The notes under the pieces are model-generated. The model was given only the letters and a program-made list of their open reading frames with translations. It was not told the origin of the DNA and did no database searches. 64,000 nucleotides of DNA from Promethearchaeota archaeon (GTDB lineage Archaea > Asgardarchaeota > Lokiarchaeia > Sigyniarchaeales > SOKP01): NCBI GenBank assembly GCA_019058445.1, contig JAHPZA010000009.1:32001-96000 (forward strand), read 5' to 3'. Of this stretch, positions 9,778 to 19,574 are shown one piece after another. A program made the position numbers and the translations under genes. Numbering within the stretch: position 1 is the stretch's first letter; each line of letters starts with the position of its first letter.

Positions 9778-11076
9778 ATGGAAAACAAGAATTTTGAGTA
9801 CAAAAATTCATACACATCTATATTTTCATTGAACTATTTTGCTCAGGGGATCTATACGAGTATTTTTACTATGGTGCTGCCAGTCTACATTTTAACAACA
9901 TACGGGACCATTAATTCTGCTGCATTAGCTTTCATGCTCTCAATAATCTTTATACCAGCAGCAATTAAGATTTTTTATGGTATTGCAACTGATAAAACAC
10001 CCGTAGGAAAAATGGGAAGGAGGAAACCCTGGATCATATCTTCTTCGGTTCTTACGGGATTGGTTTGGATAATAGTTTCTTTTTTGATTCCATCAACTGC
10101 TGATGCGGCAATAAGATTGTTTACCATAGCTGGTCTAATTATTTCTTTTGGAGTTTATATATCAGATACAGCTTTAGATGGATTCATTCTTGATATTTGT
10201 CCCAAAAACCAATTAGGGCGAACTCAAGGCTTTTGCTGGGGATTGAGAGCTATTGGAATAATTTTTGGCGGACCAATAATTCTCCTATTTCTGATATTTT
10301 TGCCTTTACAAGTTATCCTCATTACATTAGGAGTAATAATGATTATTTTTCCGCTACTGACTCTCAAAATTGAAGATATCGAAACTCCTAAAGCTGAGGG
10401 TCTTGGTAAAACTCTAAAATTAATATTTAAAGACACTGAAAATTGGAAGCTATTTTTTTATTCGTTTTTTATGCAAATTGTCGGTGGGGTAGTATACACT
10501 TTTCTGGCGCTCTATATTCTCATAAAAGGCGGATATATAAATCCTCAGGGAGCAAATCTTTCATCATTAGATCTTAGTTTGTATCAACCTCAAGCAATAA
10601 TCACCTTATTTATAAGTTTAGGAATTATTTTGGGAGCAGTTTTAGGTGGAATTGTTGCAGATAAAATCTCAAGAAGAACAGCTGTATACTCTTCAATGGG
10701 ATTAAATACTATATCTTTACTTCTCCTTTTATTACCTGCACCATTTTTCGTACTTATTTTCTTTGCATTTTTAGTTGGACTTGCAAGTGGATGGATCTTC
10801 TCATCATATGTCGCCGTTGCTGGAGAATACTCGCAACAATATCCCGAATTTGACAGCACCTATTTTTCAATCAGTATCTCGTTTATTAATTTTGGAACAT
10901 TATTAGGATTGGTTTTAACGGGAATGACTTTTAATATTTTGTCTGGCATAACATCCGATACCCTGATAATTTTTGGCACTCTATTTGTAGTGATGATCAT
11001 TTTAGAAAGTATAGCTTTAATTCCGTTTATGATGTTAAATAGAGAAATTTATGAATATAAATTAGCTGAGAAATGA
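9778..11076 (+). CDS. MFS transporter (AmpG/BT1-like)
   Basis: ~12 TM helices; 'YFAQG', 'KIFYGIATD...GRRKPW', 'DTALDG', 'GIVADKISRR'. Confidence 0.85.
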   Translation: MENKNFEYKNSYTSIFSLNYFAQGIYTSIFTMVLPVYILTTYGTINSAALAFMLSIIFIPAAIKIFYGIATDKTPVGKMGRRKPWIISSSVLTGLVWIIVSFLIPSTADAAIRLFTIAGLIISFGVYISDTALDGFILDICPKNQLGRTQGFCWGLRAIGIIFGGPIILLFLIFLPLQVILITLGVIMIIFPLLTLKIEDIETPKAEGLGKTLKLIFKDTENWKLFFYSFFMQIVGGVVYTFLALYILIKGGYINPQGANLSSLDLSLYQPQAIITLFISLGIILGAVLGGIVADKISRRTAVYSSMGLNTISLLLLLLPAPFFVLIFFAFLVGLASGWIFSSYVAVAGEYSQQYPEFDSTYFSISISFINFGTLLGLVLTGMTFNILSGITSDTLIIFGTLFVVMIILESIALIPFMMLNREIYEYKLAEK

Positions 11077-11228
11077 GAATTTACTAACTCCTATATTTTT
11101 TTTTAACTTTTATTTATTCCTATTTAAGAAAGTAAAATCATAAAGAAGTAATATAAGAAATAGATTTTTATCTTAATTAGAAAGAATTAGGAAATACATT
11201 TTTTTATCAATGAAATGAGGTTAAAAAT

Positions 11229-12086
11229 TTGATAATAGATATGCATATACACCCTTTCTGTAAAGAAGCAACAATGGGAGATTTAGAGAAGGTTGCAGAT
11301 GTGATGTGGGGTGCAGGCACTCTGAAACGTAAAAGAATGCGTCGTATGTTAGATCAAATAGCATATAAAACATCGATAGATGATTATATTTCATTAATGG
11401 ATAAATATAAGATCGATAAAGCTGTAATAGTGTCATTTAATATTACAACTGCATTCGGAGTTTGTATGGTAACCAATGATGATGTATCTAACCTAGTTGC
11501 TCGGTATCCTGAAAGACTAATTGGATTTGGTTGTGTAGATGTTCCAGCCTCTGATGCCATGGAGCAATTGGATTATGCAATAAATTCCTTAGGACTTAAA
11601 GGTATTAAACTTGTACCACCAGTTCAAAAATTTGATATTTCTGATAAGAAATATGATTCGCTCTGGAAAAAAATGACAGATCTTGGCATTATTTTATGGA
11701 CTCATGGTGGACATCAAGTTTCGACTAAGGGCTCCGTGGCAAAATATGGTCATCCTTTACTAATTGATGAGGTAGCAATGCGCCATGAGGATTTACCAAT
11801 AGTTATAGGGCATATGGGGACGCCATGGTTTTGGGATACTTATTCCGTTGTTTTAAGACATCCTAACGTGTACGTTGACATCTCTGCCCATTATGACCTT
11901 TATGGCTATTTTCCCTGGGATGCGTATACAAAGTACAATATAGAACATAAAGTTTTATTTGCATCTGATTATCCATTAATTCAATGGGGTGCGATTGTAC
12001 CTGCGGTGGAGGCATTACCAATTTCAAATGGTTTCAAAAAAAAAATATGGGGCGAAAACGCGATGAAACTATTAGATATTAAATAA
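11229..12086 (+). CDS. Amidohydrolase_2 family TIM-barrel metallohydrolase
   Basis: 'IIDMHIH', 'YPERLIGF', 'LKGIKL', 'GHMG.PW', 'NVYVDIS', 'VLFASDYP'. Confidence 0.9.
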   Translation: MIIDMHIHPFCKEATMGDLEKVADVMWGAGTLKRKRMRRMLDQIAYKTSIDDYISLMDKYKIDKAVIVSFNITTAFGVCMVTNDDVSNLVARYPERLIGFGCVDVPASDAMEQLDYAINSLGLKGIKLVPPVQKFDISDKKYDSLWKKMTDLGIILWTHGGHQVSTKGSVAKYGHPLLIDEVAMRHEDLPIVIGHMGTPWFWDTYSVVLRHPNVYVDISAHYDLYGYFPWDAYTKYNIEHKVLFASDYPLIQWGAIVPAVEALPISNGFKKKIWGENAMKLLDIK

Positions 12087-12166
12087 TCTCTTTTTCTTTT
12101 TTTGTAAGATCTGATATTTTATATCTAATAAAAATAAGGAATTTGAAAAAAATGTAAATATTTCTT

Positions 12167-13879
12167 TTATTCTAATTCTATTGGTTCGATCTTCTTGAGT
12201 TTCTTAAATTTCTTAACTTTAGTGTTTTTTATTACATTACCTCTAATGAAAACCATCGAGACTTGTCCAAGATACTCCAAGTTTTCGAAAGGATTTCCAG
12301 GTACAACCTGAATATCTGCCGACTTGTTAATTTCTATACTTCCTGTAATATCTCCAACACCGATAATTTCAGCATTGTTTTTTGTAGCGTAATATATTGC
12401 CTCTTGATTCGACATTCCCGTATATTTAACTAAATATACAAGTTCTTTCCATAGATCATAATGTGGCACATAGGGGACAGAAGCGTCAGTTCCCACGCCA
12501 AATCTAATATCTTCCTTATATGCTCGTTGTACTGCCTTAATCATGCCAAGTTCGATAATTTTTGCGTTTTCACGTTTAACAGGGGTAATTTTTGTGTCTT
12601 TTGCTGGAAGTGTGGCCAAACCCATTCCCGCTGAGATTGTAGGGACGACTGCTGTATAACCTCGAAGAGTCTTCGGATTATTTTTAAACATATCAATGAG
12701 ATCATCAGTGATTTCTGCGCCATGCTCAATCGTATCAACTCCACCTAACAAAGCTTCTTTCATTCCCTCTGTGCTCTCGCAATGCGTAGCGATAAGTAAA
12801 TTACCTCTGTGTGCTTCAATACACGCAATTACAATTTCTTCAACCGTCATTTGTGGCCTCCCGGCTTCACCAACCATCCTTGCATCCATAACTCCACCCG
12901 TACTTAAAATTTTAATATGATCAACTTCATTTCTAATATTTCTCCTTACCGCTTTTCTAATTTCTCCAGTGTCATCGACTGCAAAGCCAAACCACTCTCC
13001 ATGCCCTCCTGTTGGACAAATACCTCTGCCAGCACATAAAAGTCTAGGCGCTATTAATTCCCCTTTTTCAATTTTCTTTCGCAATTTGATGTCAAAATAC
13101 ATTGGCTCCCCCATAGATCGTAAAGTGGTTACTCCCGCATTAAGCGAAACTAAGGCGTGCTTTTTCATTGATCTCATCATATAATACTTTCCAATTGGAG
13201 TTTCAAGAATTTTGGCAATTTTTTTTAATTTTTCCGAATCGATTTCCATTAATTTTGTAGGTTTTCCGCTACCAAATATATGACAATGGGCGTTAATTAA
13301 TCCTGGAAGGACATACTTTCCTTTTAAATCAATAATTTTATAATCTTTAGGAATTTCAATATCGTCCTTTTTGCCTACAGCAGTAATAAGTCCCGGCACT
13401 TCTCCCTCTTCAACAATATTTTTTACTAATATAATTCCATCATTAATTATTTTGCTATCTTTATGACCATCGATAATTCCACAATTAATAATTGCAAGAT
13501 TCTTTTTTGGTTCTTTCTTCTTTAATCGTTTGAGCCACGAGATAATTTTAATCATCGAGATTATGTTGATTATGATGCTAATAATTGACACGATCCAATA
13601 CCATAATAAAGATAACCAGCTAGATTCTAGATGAGCAATATTTAAACTTAGTTCATATATACCAAAATCTAAATATCCAAGAAGTTCTAATATCCCTAAA
13701 GGAATTCCTATGAATGGGATTATCCAAGGATATACTGCCAAAAATCCTACAATTATGTATGACAGCATTCCAAGTACGCCCCTTAGTGTTCCATATGTTA
13801 TCCATGCTAATATTGAGACAAGTAATGCAAATAATAAAAGACAGGAAAATCGGTTTGATGATGATTTATTTTCACTCAT
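12167..13879 (-). CDS. Metal-dependent amidohydrolase (Xaa-Pro dipeptidase-like group) with N-terminal membrane domain
   Basis: 'PGLINAHCH', 'GVTTLR', 'TGGH', 'IKILSTGG', 'GVDTIEHG', 'GTDA'; first ~115 aa form ~3 TM helices. Confidence 0.85.
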   Translation of the reverse strand: MSENKSSSNRFSCLLLFALLVSILAWITYGTLRGVLGMLSYIIVGFLAVYPWIIPFIGIPLGILELLGYLDFGIYELSLNIAHLESSWLSLLWYWIVSIISIIINIISMIKIISWLKRLKKKEPKKNLAIINCGIIDGHKDSKIINDGIILVKNIVEEGEVPGLITAVGKKDDIEIPKDYKIIDLKGKYVLPGLINAHCHIFGSGKPTKLMEIDSEKLKKIAKILETPIGKYYMMRSMKKHALVSLNAGVTTLRSMGEPMYFDIKLRKKIEKGELIAPRLLCAGRGICPTGGHGEWFGFAVDDTGEIRKAVRRNIRNEVDHIKILSTGGVMDARMVGEAGRPQMTVEEIVIACIEAHRGNLLIATHCESTEGMKEALLGGVDTIEHGAEITDDLIDMFKNNPKTLRGYTAVVPTISAGMGLATLPAKDTKITPVKRENAKIIELGMIKAVQRAYKEDIRFGVGTDASVPYVPHYDLWKELVYLVKYTGMSNQEAIYYATKNNAEIIGVGDITGSIEINKSADIQVVPGNPFENLEYLGQVSMVFIRGNVIKNTKVKKFKKLKKIEPIELE

Positions 13880-13916
13880 TTCTATTTTTAACTCCTTAAT
13901 TTTTTGATTAAAAAAA

Positions 13917-15329
13917 TTAATGATATTCGATCGTTACTGAAGGATATTTTTTGAATACGGGTTTCTTAAGTTTCCAAAGTTCATCAGCTTGGTTTACCCA
14001 TTCATCGAATTCACTTGGATTTTCAGGGTAGGTTTCATAGTGTTTTTGAATTTTTCCAGCAAGACCGTTAGCTTTTAGTAGTTTCCGAACGTTTTTAAAT
14101 GATAATTTTCGCTTAAGAACCCCACCCAATAACCCTAAGGCAATTTTTAAGATTTCTCCAAATGTCATTTCAGCTTCGTATTCTTTATTAGGTTCTGGTA
14201 TTTCTCCCTTCCTACTCCGATAAATAATATTGCTTCCTACAAGATAATTCCATTCTTTTTCGGTGAAATTTAATATACCGGATAGTTGCATATAAAGCCC
14301 GGCAAATTTTGCTCCTTGATCCCTATAGTATCTTAGGTTAATGTCCCATAATTTTTCTTTAGACACATAATCATCTTGTTTTAGCGCTGTTTCTATCACA
14401 TCTGTTGCGACCATACATAACATCCATGTTGCAGTGACTCCGTGCCCTGAGAAAGGATATGTTATGACAGAAGCATCACCGATGCAAAGAAATCCGTCTC
14501 CTACTAATGAATAAGGGGGACGCCTATAAGGTGTAAATCCCCTTTCAGATTTAATAATTTCATAGGGGGGAAAATTTGCTTTCTTAAGAAGATCATCTCT
14601 TACTTTGGCAACATTTTCATATGATCCTGGTTGACCTACTCCAATAATTACACCGTTCTCAATATGACATGGCCCCAACCAAGCAAGATAATAAATAAAC
14701 CCATTGAGATGTTGAGGGTATGGTTCTTCAGGCTTAGACCACTTGATGTATTGCAATAGTACATACATCACATCGTTAGGACCTAATTTAAAAGTTTCAA
14801 CCCCGTAATCGGGGGGTAAAATAGTTCGAATCGCACCACTTGTACCAGATGCATCCACTACTAATCGAGCACGATATTCTATTTTTGTACCATTTTTATC
14901 TGCTTTTAATCCTATTATTTTATTATTTTCGAAAATGAGTTCAGTGAATTTACAATTAAATTCGAATTTACCACCATCCGACTCTACAACCTTATACATT
15001 CTTTGTAAAAAAAATGAAAGCCTAATTACCGTTTGAAGTGCTCTAATCTTCTTTTTAGTTTTAAAATCAGGAGCATTTACCGTGTCTTCCTCAAATACTC
15101 CAACTAATTCTGGATACCCCTCTTTGGGAGGTGGAATTCCTGCTTTCTTAATTCGATCCGTCTCAAAATGTATTACATCTAATCTTTTCCCGACTTCTTC
15201 CCTTTTATCTTTTTCAATAATAATTACTGAGAATCCCTTTTTGGCCAGAAGCCATCCAAGATAAGTTCCAGCAGTTCCAGCACCCACAATAACGATATCA
15301 TAATTTTCAACCATATTTTCTAACTCCAA
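13917..15329 (-). CDS. FAD-dependent oxidoreductase, geranylgeranyl-reductase-like
   Basis: 'YDIVIVGAGTAG', 'ARLVVDASG', 'IGDASVITYPFSGHG'. Confidence 0.8.
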   Translation of the reverse strand: MELENMVENYDIVIVGAGTAGTYLGWLLAKKGFSVIIIEKDKREEVGKRLDVIHFETDRIKKAGIPPPKEGYPELVGVFEEDTVNAPDFKTKKKIRALQTVIRLSFFLQRMYKVVESDGGKFEFNCKFTELIFENNKIIGLKADKNGTKIEYRARLVVDASGTSGAIRTILPPDYGVETFKLGPNDVMYVLLQYIKWSKPEEPYPQHLNGFIYYLAWLGPCHIENGVIIGVGQPGSYENVAKVRDDLLKKANFPPYEIIKSERGFTPYRRPPYSLVGDGFLCIGDASVITYPFSGHGVTATWMLCMVATDVIETALKQDDYVSKEKLWDINLRYYRDQGAKFAGLYMQLSGILNFTEKEWNYLVGSNIIYRSRKGEIPEPNKEYEAEMTFGEILKIALGLLGGVLKRKLSFKNVRKLLKANGLAGKIQKHYETYPENPSEFDEWVNQADELWKLKKPVFKKYPSVTIEYH

Positions 15330-15521
15330 ATAAAAAAATTTATTTCATTTAAATTAGATAATATTAATTAGTAATTAAATTATCAAGATTTCAAAACTGA
15401 ACAATTTTAAATAGTTTTACAAAATAAAAGTTTATATAACTTTCCAGTTTAATAGTGATATCATTAATGAGATTTTATTTTTTGCATAAATCACTATTTT
15501 AAATAGCTACTAATAGAGAGG

Positions 15522-16052
15522 TTGATCAATTTGAATACGGAAAATAATGAGATCGAAAAAAGAGCTATTGGATATGAAAAGGGACTTGCTAGTTTGAGAG
15601 TAGGCATTATTTCTATTACTGCAGCTCTCTATATTGCTTTAGGTTATATTTTTCATGCAATAAGCTTCCTGGGATTACAATTTAGAGTAGCTGAATTAAT
15701 GGTTGGTATGTGTATAATATTTCCAATAGAAGGAATGATAGGGAAAATTATTGGTGTATTTATTGTTAATTTAACATCACCTTTAGGACCAATTGATTTG
15801 CTTAGTACCATTGTAAATATTCCGGCATTATATTGTATTATTTATTTCAGAAAAAAGGGAAAATTGAAATACTTTGGGGGCATTTTATACGCGATAATCA
15901 TTTCGCTTTATGTTGCTATAATTTTAAACCTTGTATTGGGTTTACCAATTTGGCTGATGTTCATTCAAGTATTTATTTCCGAAGCTATTTTAGCGTCTTT
16001 AGGGATTGCTCTCTTTGATAAGATTAAAACAATGCTAGAGATCGAAGATTAA
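15522..16052 (+). CDS. QueT-family transporter (S-component-like)
   Basis: 'AALYIAL....AISF.GLQFRVAE', 'NLTSPLGPID', ~5 TM helices. Confidence 0.8.
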   Translation: MINLNTENNEIEKRAIGYEKGLASLRVGIISITAALYIALGYIFHAISFLGLQFRVAELMVGMCIIFPIEGMIGKIIGVFIVNLTSPLGPIDLLSTIVNIPALYCIIYFRKKGKLKYFGGILYAIIISLYVAIILNLVLGLPIWLMFIQVFISEAILASLGIALFDKIKTMLEIED

Positions 16053-16175
16053 TATCTGTTAATTTTTCTGTTATGTAATTATAGTTCAAAATCAGTAATT
16101 TTATAATTCTCATTATATTTTGAAAATTAACTTTTAAATAATGATATTATCTTATTAAAGGGGTATTTTAATATT

Positions 16176-17375
16176 ATGAATAAAGCTAAGGTTTTCTGGG
16201 CTTCGCCAAATGAGATTGCTTCCTTAAGAAATACTGCAAAAAATATGGTTACAAATAATTTAGTAAAGACTCGATTGATATTGGATGAAATACTTGATAA
16301 TATCAATAAAGGTGATAAGGTAGCCGTTAAGGTTCATGTTGGAGAGGCATTAAATACTCATTACTTACGTCATGATTATGTACGTGAAGTGGTCGAGGCT
16401 ATTAAATCAAAGGGAGGAACTCCGACTCTTATAGAAACTCATGGAAGGGGGAATGAGTATGAGTTATTAGACATATGTGAAGACTATTCTGTATGTGTTG
16501 GTCACAGAAGAAAAACAGCTGATCATAATAAAATCGCCCATCTTCATGGATATACTGAATCAATTATCGGAGCACCGTTGAAATTTATTGATGGAGAAGA
16601 AGGATTGGAAGGAAAAATAGTTCCTATTAATGGAATTCATTTTAAAGATGTTTCCGTTGCGTCAGGATTATTTGAATTTGACAAGATGGTCGTTATTTCC
16701 CATTTTAAAGGGCATCCACAAGCAGGATTTGGTGGAGCGTTAAAACAGGTTGGGATAGGATGTGTAACCAAGAAAAATAAATTCTTAGCCCATATGGAAA
16801 AGGCATATGAGGTTAATTCTAAAAAATGTGATATCACAAAATGTAATAAGGAATGCATTACGGCATGTCCTGTAAATGCTATTGATATGAATGGAGAAAA
16901 AGCCTTAATTAATGCTTCTAAATGTTTTGGCTGTCATTTATGCGTGAAAAAGTGTCCTATAAAGAGAGCAATTAAAGCACCAAGAATGAATGAAGTGAAG
17001 GATTTTGTGGAAAGATTTATGGATAGTTTTGCCGCAGTTCTAAGTTTTGGACCTGAAAATATTCGTTACATTAATTTTGCTTTTGATATAACAATGATAT
17101 GTGATTGCACTCCAAATCCCGGAATGCCAGTAGTTCCTGACCTTGGAATTTTTGGCTCATCCGATCCAGTTGCAATAGATAAAGCATGCTTTGATGCCGA
17201 GACTAAAGCACCTGGACTTCCAATTCTAAATAAGGAAGATGAATGGAAAGAACCGTTACAAGCAGGAGTTGAAAAATTTGGAGCTATGATGGATATAGTT
17301 AAACCATATTATCAATTCGAAGCAGCACTCAAAAATAATATTGGCTCTATTGATTATGAATTAATAAAAATTTAA
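16176..17375 (+). CDS. DUF362-domain Fe-S protein with ferredoxin insert
   Basis: 'GDKVAVKVHVGE', 'SHFKGH..AGFGGALK..GIGC', CxxCxxCxxxCP motif, 'CDC', 'SSDPVAIDKAC'. Confidence 0.85.
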   Translation: MNKAKVFWASPNEIASLRNTAKNMVTNNLVKTRLILDEILDNINKGDKVAVKVHVGEALNTHYLRHDYVREVVEAIKSKGGTPTLIETHGRGNEYELLDICEDYSVCVGHRRKTADHNKIAHLHGYTESIIGAPLKFIDGEEGLEGKIVPINGIHFKDVSVASGLFEFDKMVVISHFKGHPQAGFGGALKQVGIGCVTKKNKFLAHMEKAYEVNSKKCDITKCNKECITACPVNAIDMNGEKALINASKCFGCHLCVKKCPIKRAIKAPRMNEVKDFVERFMDSFAAVLSFGPENIRYINFAFDITMICDCTPNPGMPVVPDLGIFGSSDPVAIDKACFDAETKAPGLPILNKEDEWKEPLQAGVEKFGAMMDIVKPYYQFEAALKNNIGSIDYELIKI

Positions 17376-17408
17376 ATTTACCAATAAAGAATTAAAAAAA
17401 TTATCATT

Positions 17409-18371
17409 TTAGACAAGTACTTTACCATCTTTTAGTATTTTTTCACCGTCAATTTCAATCGTAACTTCCTTCATAACACCATCATGATGAATATTGCTAT
17501 AAGTTTGGCCACCAATATTAATATTTTTACCCACTGCTAAATGAGCTGTTCCTTTCATCATTTTATCCCCTATGGTTCCAGTGGTATTTTTTAAGGTGTG
17601 GTTTGTCCCAATTCCTAGTTCCGCAATATTATTTCCATTTTCATCAGCAGCTTGAATTATAGCTCTGATCTTCGCAGCTTCTTCTGCACCTTCAATTTTT
17701 ACTGCTCGACCTTTTTCTACAAATATTTTTACGGGAGTGGTAATCCCACCTACTTTTTCAAACATCGTATCAATTATCCATAAACCTTCAGCGGTTCCTT
17801 CCACGGGTGCGATAGCTGCTTCAGCATATTCAGGAACAGCACCCCATGCGCCTGGGACTGCATGTCTGACTCGTAATGGTGCAGATATTCGGTTCTTAAT
17901 AGACAATGTAACATCAGTTCCAATTTTAGAAGTAATTCTTGCCTCGTTTCCATTAGTCAATATCTCTGATAATTTTTCTGTTAATTCTGTAATTTCAAAA
18001 ATATCTTCCCGTGTAATATCAGGTTTAATATAGGGTACACCGCCCACTCTTGCCCCAACATCGGTTGCGGCCCGTCTGGCATTCATATGCAAAAATAATT
18101 GAATAGTGCTATATGGGAGCACAGCCATAATTACATCAGACTTAAGCATCATCTTACTCACTTCTTCGGGAGGTTCAATTTGTATTTCTTCGTTATTAAC
18201 CATTAAAAGCGTTATATTTGCGCCTAAAGCCTCAGCTTCCTCCGCCAAAAGTTTTGCGTTCCTATTGAAACCTTTAGAATATATAATCAGGACATTCTCA
18301 TTTGGTTTTATTGCCATGCACGTATCCACAATTACTCTCGCTCCTTTCCGATAATCCAGCCTTTTACTCAT
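17409..18371 (-). CDS. M29/aminopeptidase T-like metallopeptidase
   Basis: 'EAAIAPVEGTAEG', 'IAELGIGTN', 'GTAHLAVG', 'IHHDGV'. Confidence 0.8.
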   Translation of the reverse strand: MSKRLDYRKGARVIVDTCMAIKPNENVLIIYSKGFNRNAKLLAEEAEALGANITLLMVNNEEIQIEPPEEVSKMMLKSDVIMAVLPYSTIQLFLHMNARRAATDVGARVGGVPYIKPDITREDIFEITELTEKLSEILTNGNEARITSKIGTDVTLSIKNRISAPLRVRHAVPGAWGAVPEYAEAAIAPVEGTAEGLWIIDTMFEKVGGITTPVKIFVEKGRAVKIEGAEEAAKIRAIIQAADENGNNIAELGIGTNHTLKNTTGTIGDKMMKGTAHLAVGKNINIGGQTYSNIHHDGVMKEVTIEIDGEKILKDGKVLV

Positions 18372-18659
18372 ATACTCAAATGCCTCATTAAATTTTTTAT
18401 ATACTTTTTTAACACAAATAATTCATGCGATAGTTATAAAAGGAGAGGGAAAACTATTAATTTTTTTTCATTAATTTAAATATAACATTTGTGAAAATCA
18501 TAGAATAACCAATTATAAATTAAGTATTTTTATTTTACTAAGTTTTGAATTACATGCAGATTTCTGCTTATGTAAGAACAAATCTTAATTTTATAAAAAC
18601 TAAATTTATTAGCCCGCATATTCTGACTTTAATTAATTAACTAATTTTTTTAGAAGAGT

Positions 18660-19361
18660 ATGAGTTTTAAATTTCCAGCGAATCAAAAGTATAAGGAGCG
18701 GATCTGCTTTCATTGTAAAAAAAAGATCGATATTGCCGATTATTTTGTAACAAATAAATCAAAATATCCCATAGAAAAATTAATTCAATTATGGGAACAT
18801 GATAAACTGGAGTTTTATTGTTGCTTGTGTTATGATAGATATTTAAAGAGTGAGAATTTAACTAAATTAACCGCTAGTTTAATTGAAAAAGACCGGGAAA
18901 TTTTAAAATTACTAAAACTAAAGTATTCGATTGACCTTCAAATAGTAGATAAGATTGAATATAATACTATTGGGGTCACAATCCGAAATAAGCAAATTAC
19001 TGGATTGGGACTCTTTAAATGTGTTGAAAAATTTCCAGAGATAATTGCAATGCTTACGTCTCTTGAGAATTTGAATTTAGCTTGGAATTCACTAACAGAA
19101 TTACCTAAATCTATATGCAATCTCCATCATTTAAAGGTACTAGATTTGATAGGAAATAATTTGACTTCAATCCCCAAAGAAATAAGACTACTAACTTCTC
19201 TTGAGGAATTAGATTTAAGTTATAATAAATTAAGAAATATTCCAAATACAATAGGAGAGCTTCCGTCGCTAAGAACATTGAATTTAATACATAATGAGAT
19301 TATAATGATTCCAGAAAGCTTAAAAGAATTAGAATTAAATGGTCTTAAAATTCTGTTTTAA
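18660..19361 (+). CDS. Leucine-rich repeat protein with N-terminal Cys-rich zinc-binding motif
   Basis: About four LxxLxxLxLxxNxL repeats in the C-terminal half; N-terminal 'CFHC...YCCLC'. Confidence 0.85.
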   Translation: MSFKFPANQKYKERICFHCKKKIDIADYFVTNKSKYPIEKLIQLWEHDKLEFYCCLCYDRYLKSENLTKLTASLIEKDREILKLLKLKYSIDLQIVDKIEYNTIGVTIRNKQITGLGLFKCVEKFPEIIAMLTSLENLNLAWNSLTELPKSICNLHHLKVLDLIGNNLTSIPKEIRLLTSLEELDLSYNKLRNIPNTIGELPSLRTLNLIHNEIIMIPESLKELELNGLKILF

Positions 19362-19574
19362 AAACAACAATAATTTAATATAATTTTTATAGTTAATCTT
19401 GTAGGTTAATCCAATTATAGGGAATTTAATAGGAACTTCTACTTTATTAGAAAGGACTAGTTTTAAAAATTAGAATTTTTGATATTAATATAATTTAGTC
19501 ATTATTTATCAAAATTTGAACAATATTTATAATCTAATATAAAAAAAAATTCAAAAAAAGAGGAGAAATAATCA

